Below are positions 59,797-64,000 of a DNA stretch of 64,000 nt, in pieces. Origin of the DNA: Longimicrobiales bacterium (GTDB lineage: Bacteria; Gemmatimonadota; Gemmatimonadetes; Longimicrobiales; Gaopeijiaceae); NCBI GenBank assembly GCA_965219445.1, contig CBDCNQ010000003.1, positions 128,001-192,000 of the forward strand, in the 5' to 3' direction. A program made the position numbers and the translations under genes. The notes beneath the pieces are model-generated. The model was given only the letters and a program-made list of their open reading frames with translations, did no database searches and was not told where the DNA came from. Within the stretch, counting starts at the first letter, position 1, and each line of letters opens with the position of its first letter.

Positions 59797-61182
59797 TCAT
59801 GACGGCTTCACGGCGGGAACTGCAGGCCGGGTCGGCGTTTTCGAGTGTTGTCGTCGCAACAGCGTGGCGTGTCCCCTCACGTCGTGTACGCGCAGAATTT
59901 CGACGCCCTGAGCGGCAAGTGCCTTGCTGATGACGAGCGTTTCGGCATCGCGCTCGGCGCTGGGCTTGTCCGTGACCGCTTCGAGAAAGGACTTCCGGCT
60001 GTGACCGACGAGCAGCGGTATCCCAAGGTCATGGAAACGCTCCACGTGCTCCAGGATATGCCAATTCTGCCCGACGGTTTTTCCAAAACCGATTCCGGGA
60101 TCGAAGATAAGGCGGTGCCGGGCGATTCCTCTGCGTTCGAACTCCCCTAAACGTTCCTGTGCCCAAGCGATCAGGAACTCAACGGCGTCCTGATCTTGTG
60201 GAATGGATTCTCCCTTCACGACCGGGATCGACAGGCTGTGCATGAATACGAGTGGGATATCCGTATCCTTGGCGAGCTCCAGCATCTCGGGATGGCGGAA
60301 CCCGGTAACGTCGTTCAGGATATCCACCCCGATCTCCAGAGCCGATCTCACGGTCGAAGGATTCCGGGAGTCGATACTGATCTGGAAAGGACCTCGAGGT
60401 CCCAACGATCGTAACTCATCCTGAAGCTCCAGCAGGCCCCTCAGCACCGGACCGACCCGTGCCCACTCTGATGTCGGATCGACGGCGCCGCCGTCAGGGC
60501 GTGTGGATTCGGCACCGAGGTCGATGATTCCGGCGCCCTCATCCACGAGTCGCCTTGCGTGCCCCAGGGCGACCTCGGGCTCCATGAAGCGCGCGCCGTC
60601 ACTGAAGCTGTCGGGTGTGACGTTGAGGATTCCCATGAGTGTGGGACAAGTCACCTCGAAGTCGGATTCCGGCGAGTGGACGGCCGGGAGCAGCGCCTTC
60701 CCCACGGACGCCCGGGCCGCGACGCGGCTGGCGTGGGCCTCTATGGTCTCGCCATCGAGAATCGTGCGGGGAATCAGGTCACGCAGAGGCTCCAGGACGA
60801 ACGGACGTTTCAGGATCTCCGGATGTGGAATGGTCAGACCGGCGGATCGTACTTCGTTTCCCGCCCACCAGAGGATGTCTATGTCGATCACTCTCGGGGC
60901 CCATCGCTCATGGCCACGACGTCCCAAAGAGATCTCGATTTCTTGGACGTGTCGCAGCAGGTCGCCGGGCTCGAGAGTCGTCTCTCCGGAGAGAACGCAG
61001 TTCAGATAAGGGAGGTCCCACGCGGCCGGGGCTCCGGAGGGCGTCAGCGCGGGCGACTCATAGATCCGGCTCAATTCCACGTCCTGAAGAGCGGCTCCAC
61101 GCCCCCGAGACAGACGCGAAATAGCCCTCTTCAGATGGATTGCGCGGTTTCCCAGATTGCTGCCGAGGCCGAGGATCACCAT
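59797..61182 (-). CDS. folKP: Bifunctional HPPK-dihydropteroate synthase
   Basis: LGLGSNLG; WAPRVIDIDIL; IPHP (FolK) fused to MGILNVTPDSFSDG; GAESTRP; DPGIGFGK; GHSRKSF; LRVHDV (FolP). Confidence 0.93.
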   Translation of the reverse strand: MVILGLGSNLGNRAIHLKRAISRLSRGRGAALQDVELSRIYESPALTPSGAPAAWDLPYLNCVLSGETTLEPGDLLRHVQEIEISLGRRGHERWAPRVIDIDILWWAGNEVRSAGLTIPHPEILKRPFVLEPLRDLIPRTILDGETIEAHASRVAARASVGKALLPAVHSPESDFEVTCPTLMGILNVTPDSFSDGARFMEPEVALGHARRLVDEGAGIIDLGAESTRPDGGAVDPTSEWARVGPVLRGLLELQDELRSLGPRGPFQISIDSRNPSTVRSALEIGVDILNDVTGFRHPEMLELAKDTDIPLVFMHSLSIPVVKGESIPQDQDAVEFLIAWAQERLGEFERRGIARHRLIFDPGIGFGKTVGQNWHILEHVERFHDLGIPLLVGHSRKSFLEAVTDKPSAERDAETLVISKALAAQGVEILRVHDVRGHATLLRRQHSKTPTRPAVPAVKPS

Positions 61183-61185
61183 TGC

Positions 61186-61548
61186 TCAGTTGCCGATCGT
61201 GAATTCCGCACCTTTGGTGATTTCCGGGATGGGAGGCGAGACCTTGCGAACGGTTACCCGAAGCTCGTGCTCGGACTCCACAATTCCCCTCAGGGAGGTG
61301 AGAATCTCGTTCGCCAGGTGCTCGATCAACGAGAACTCGCGATCCCAAGCCACCTCCTTGATTGCGCCAACCAGCACGTCGTAACCCACAGTGTCCTCGA
61401 GACGATCGGTCACCATCCCTCGAGGAGGAGTCCGAAATCGGATCGTGATGTCGATCTCCACCGGCTGCGGGTCGAGCCGCTCATCCGCCGAGCAACCGAG
61501 CCGAATGGGCAGCGAGATACCCCTGATAATGAGTTCCGGGTGGGACAT
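61186..61548 (-). CDS. folB: Dihydroneopterin aldolase
   Basis: LG...ER..PQPV.IDI; D.LEDTVGY; FSLIEHLA; V.V.K..PP; directly upstream of folKP. Confidence 0.9.
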   Translation of the reverse strand: MSHPELIIRGISLPIRLGCSADERLDPQPVEIDITIRFRTPPRGMVTDRLEDTVGYDVLVGAIKEVAWDREFSLIEHLANEILTSLRGIVESEHELRVTVRKVSPPIPEITKGAEFTIGN

Positions 61549-61923
61549 GTTTCCGCCGCTGGCGCTCCTACCGTCTCGAACGCGCCGCCGACAATGGCTG
61601 CCGGCTATCCAAGGTTTGGGTGAGGTCGGATGGTACCGCGCTCGGGGGAGGGTTACAAGGCGGCTACCCCCGCCTCCGGGCACGGCGGCACAGGAACACA
61701 CACAATCGACAGTTGGTACCCCACTCTGTCTGGTCTCGAACCTGTGAGCTAGTGTAGTGTCCCAGTGGTCGAGCCGAGCGACCTTCATGTTCGTCGTGAG
61801 CGCCCAGTTGACCGCGAGACGATCGAGAGCAGTGAGATCAATAGTCGAAACACTTCCTCGACACCACACTAGGTGCTTCGCAGATCCGCCCGAGGCAGGG
61901 GCCCATACAGTGGAGATGTTCAC

Positions 61924-63936
61924 ATGAGGAAGAGCCATTCTTCGCGTCCTCTTTTCGTCGGAGTCTGGATCGCCATGGCCCTTTGCACTCTCCTCGTCGG
62001 GCGGTCAGCAGCTCAGGAGTGGACCGGCGCCGGCCGTCAGCCTGAGTGGACCTTCATCCGCGGCAACGTGGGGAGCCAGCAGTATTCCCCCGTCGACCAG
62101 ATCACCGCTGCAAACTTCGAAGACCTCGAGGTCGCGTGGGAATGGGACGGAGCCAGTTTCGGAAACGTGCTGGCGCGCCCGACCCCGATCTATGTGGATG
62201 GCATGCTGATTACCGTGGCAGGAGAGCGCCGTTACGTGATCGCCATGGACGCCGGCACCGGGGAGACGCTCTGGAGCTTCCGTGAGCCCAGCACCTTCCG
62301 GTGGGAGTACTCCATGCGGAAGAACCACGGTAAGGGCGTTGCCCACGCCAACGTCGACGGCAGGGACATCATATACGTGGTGTCGCCCGGGTTCTTCCTC
62401 CACGCGCTCGACGCGCATACGGGCCAGCCCATCGAGGGCTTCGGCGACCAGATACCGATCGACGGATTCCCCGAGACTGGATCGGTCGACATGCTGGAGG
62501 ACCTGGGCCATCCCTTCGATCCATACGAGGGCATCCCGTTGGAGCTCGGCTACATCACGAGCTCTTCGCCGCCGATCGTGGTAAACGGCGTGATCATCGT
62601 GGGCAACTCCGCGGAGCAGGGTTACAACCAAAGCCGACCAGAAAACGTCCCCGGCGATATCCTGGCGTACGATGCCGGCACGGGTGAGCACCTCTGGAAA
62701 TTCAACGTCCTTCCCGGCCCCGGCGAGTTTGGCCATGACACGTGGGAGAATGATGCGTGGCAATGGACGGGCGATATTTCCTCTTGGGCGCCGCTCTCGG
62801 CCGACCCGGAACGCAACCTCGTATACATCCCGACCAATGGCGCCACACAGGACTTCTGGGGTGGCTTCCGCCCCGGTGATAACCTCTTCAGCACGAGTCT
62901 CATCGCGCTAGATGTCCAAACCGGCGAGCGAAAATGGCATTTTCAGCTGGTTCACCACGACATCTGGAACTACGACACGTCGACGGCACCGGTGCTGTTG
63001 GACGTCACCGTGGACGGTCGGGACATTCCAGCCGTCGTTCAGATTACCAAGCAAGCGTTCGCGTACGCTTTCAACCGGGAGACAGGCGAGCCGGTTTGGC
63101 CCATCGTGGAGCGTCCGGTGCCGGCGTCCCGGATTCCCGGGGAGCAACTGGCGGAGACACAGCCGTTCCCGACCCGGCCGGCTCCGTACGACCTGCAGGG
63201 CCTGGCGGAGGACGAGCTGATCGACTTCACACCTGGGCTCCGGCAGGAGGCGTTGGCGCTCCTCGAGGACTTCGACTACGGCCCCTTCTTCCAGCCTCCG
63301 TTGCACCGAGACAACGATCGCGGAAAGCTGGGAGCGATTTGGTGCCCGGGCGATGTGGGTGGTACGAACATCGATGGGACGCCCGCGGCGGACCCGGAGA
63401 CGGGCATCATCTACGTGACCTCGCAGAAGGGTTGCTCCTCCCGGGAGATCGTTCCCGGCCATGAGCGCGACGCCCGGGTCCCGCAGCCGACCGGCACGAC
63501 GATCAGCGACTACGCCGTCGGACAGGGTTTTAGGACCAACGTTCAAGGCCTCCCGATTTTCAAGCCGCCGTACAGCAGGATCACGGCGATCGACATGAAC
63601 ACGGGTGAGCACCTGTGGTGGATTCCTGTAGGGGATACCCCGAACCGTATTCTCGGGCATCCTGCCCTGCAGGGAGTGGAGATCGGGAACACCGGCAGTG
63701 GCCGGCAAGCCGCCCAACTCGTAACCCCGACCCTGCTGTTCTATACGGGCAACGGCAGCGACGGCACGCCGTACCTCTACGCGGTCAACAAGGCGAGTGG
63801 TGAGCGGCTCGGCCGGGTCGAACTAACGGCCAGCGGCCGTTACGGCATGATGACCTACATGCACGAGGGACGACAGCATATCGTGGTGCAGATCCAGGGT
63901 GGATTGGTGGCGCTAGCCCTTCCTCGACGGCCCTAG
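61924..63936 (+). CDS. PQQ-dependent dehydrogenase, paralog of 45375..47546
   Basis: [62 protein letters not shown]. Confidence 0.9.
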   Translation: MRKSHSSRPLFVGVWIAMALCTLLVGRSAAQEWTGAGRQPEWTFIRGNVGSQQYSPVDQITAANFEDLEVAWEWDGASFGNVLARPTPIYVDGMLITVAGERRYVIAMDAGTGETLWSFREPSTFRWEYSMRKNHGKGVAHANVDGRDIIYVVSPGFFLHALDAHTGQPIEGFGDQIPIDGFPETGSVDMLEDLGHPFDPYEGIPLELGYITSSSPPIVVNGVIIVGNSAEQGYNQSRPENVPGDILAYDAGTGEHLWKFNVLPGPGEFGHDTWENDAWQWTGDISSWAPLSADPERNLVYIPTNGATQDFWGGFRPGDNLFSTSLIALDVQTGERKWHFQLVHHDIWNYDTSTAPVLLDVTVDGRDIPAVVQITKQAFAYAFNRETGEPVWPIVERPVPASRIPGEQLAETQPFPTRPAPYDLQGLAEDELIDFTPGLRQEALALLEDFDYGPFFQPPLHRDNDRGKLGAIWCPGDVGGTNIDGTPAADPETGIIYVTSQKGCSSREIVPGHERDARVPQPTGTTISDYAVGQGFRTNVQGLPIFKPPYSRITAIDMNTGEHLWWIPVGDTPNRILGHPALQGVEIGNTGSGRQAAQLVTPTLLFYTGNGSDGTPYLYAVNKASGERLGRVELTASGRYGMMTYMHEGRQHIVVQIQGGLVALALPRRP

Positions 63937-64000
63937 TGGGGTGTCCCAGAAAACACCACACTAACCCGACCTGAGGTTCTCCGCGTAAACCCACCACAGA

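Noticed and set aside
63937..64000. GGGGTGTCCCAGAAAAC as the start of another IS
   Set aside because: It resembles an IS terminus, but the window ends before any partner IR or transposase, so it cannot be supported.

Overview
GC-rich bacterial chromosome segment. Gene content and the 'MSDP..RLNAAL.GR' Ser/Thr-kinase N-termini suggest Gemmatimonadota (inference). The flanks are housekeeping and periplasmic-redox genes: lutABC, rnpB, tRNA-Arg(CCG), folB/folKP, ALDH7, two DUF5916 proteins, a NosR-like protein with ApbE, and several PQQ dehydrogenases. They surround a ~33 kb accreted, rearranged region (~20.1-53.7 kb) downstream of tRNA-Arg. Main observations: (1) An IS110-family (IS1111-type) element sits at the same 4-bp AAGG core inside the left terminal inverted repeat of two IS256 copies. 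Its 3' non-coding region carries a stem-bounded internal loop whose two strands match the two halves of that IS256 target, i.e. a readable bridge/seek-RNA guide aimed at another IS. (2) A ~10 kb inversion between those two copies separates the halves of a quinohemoprotein dehydrogenase gene, and the split 8-bp TSD is visible. (3) Repeated tRNA-Ile(GAT)-derived att sites with 115-bp arm repeats bracket a single-gene, integrase-less cassette. (4) An OsmC-like gene has an in-frame UGA at the catalytic Cys position followed by a SECIS-like hairpin. (5) Kinase N-terminal stubs are fused in frame to unrelated proteins. (6) Tandem heme c/copper-monooxygenase-like gene pairs. (7) A class C group II intron is inserted antisense in a hydrolase gene. 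Five single-base deletions, mostly in short homopolymers, may be sequencing artefacts. All family assignments come from motif recognition by eye, not from database searches.
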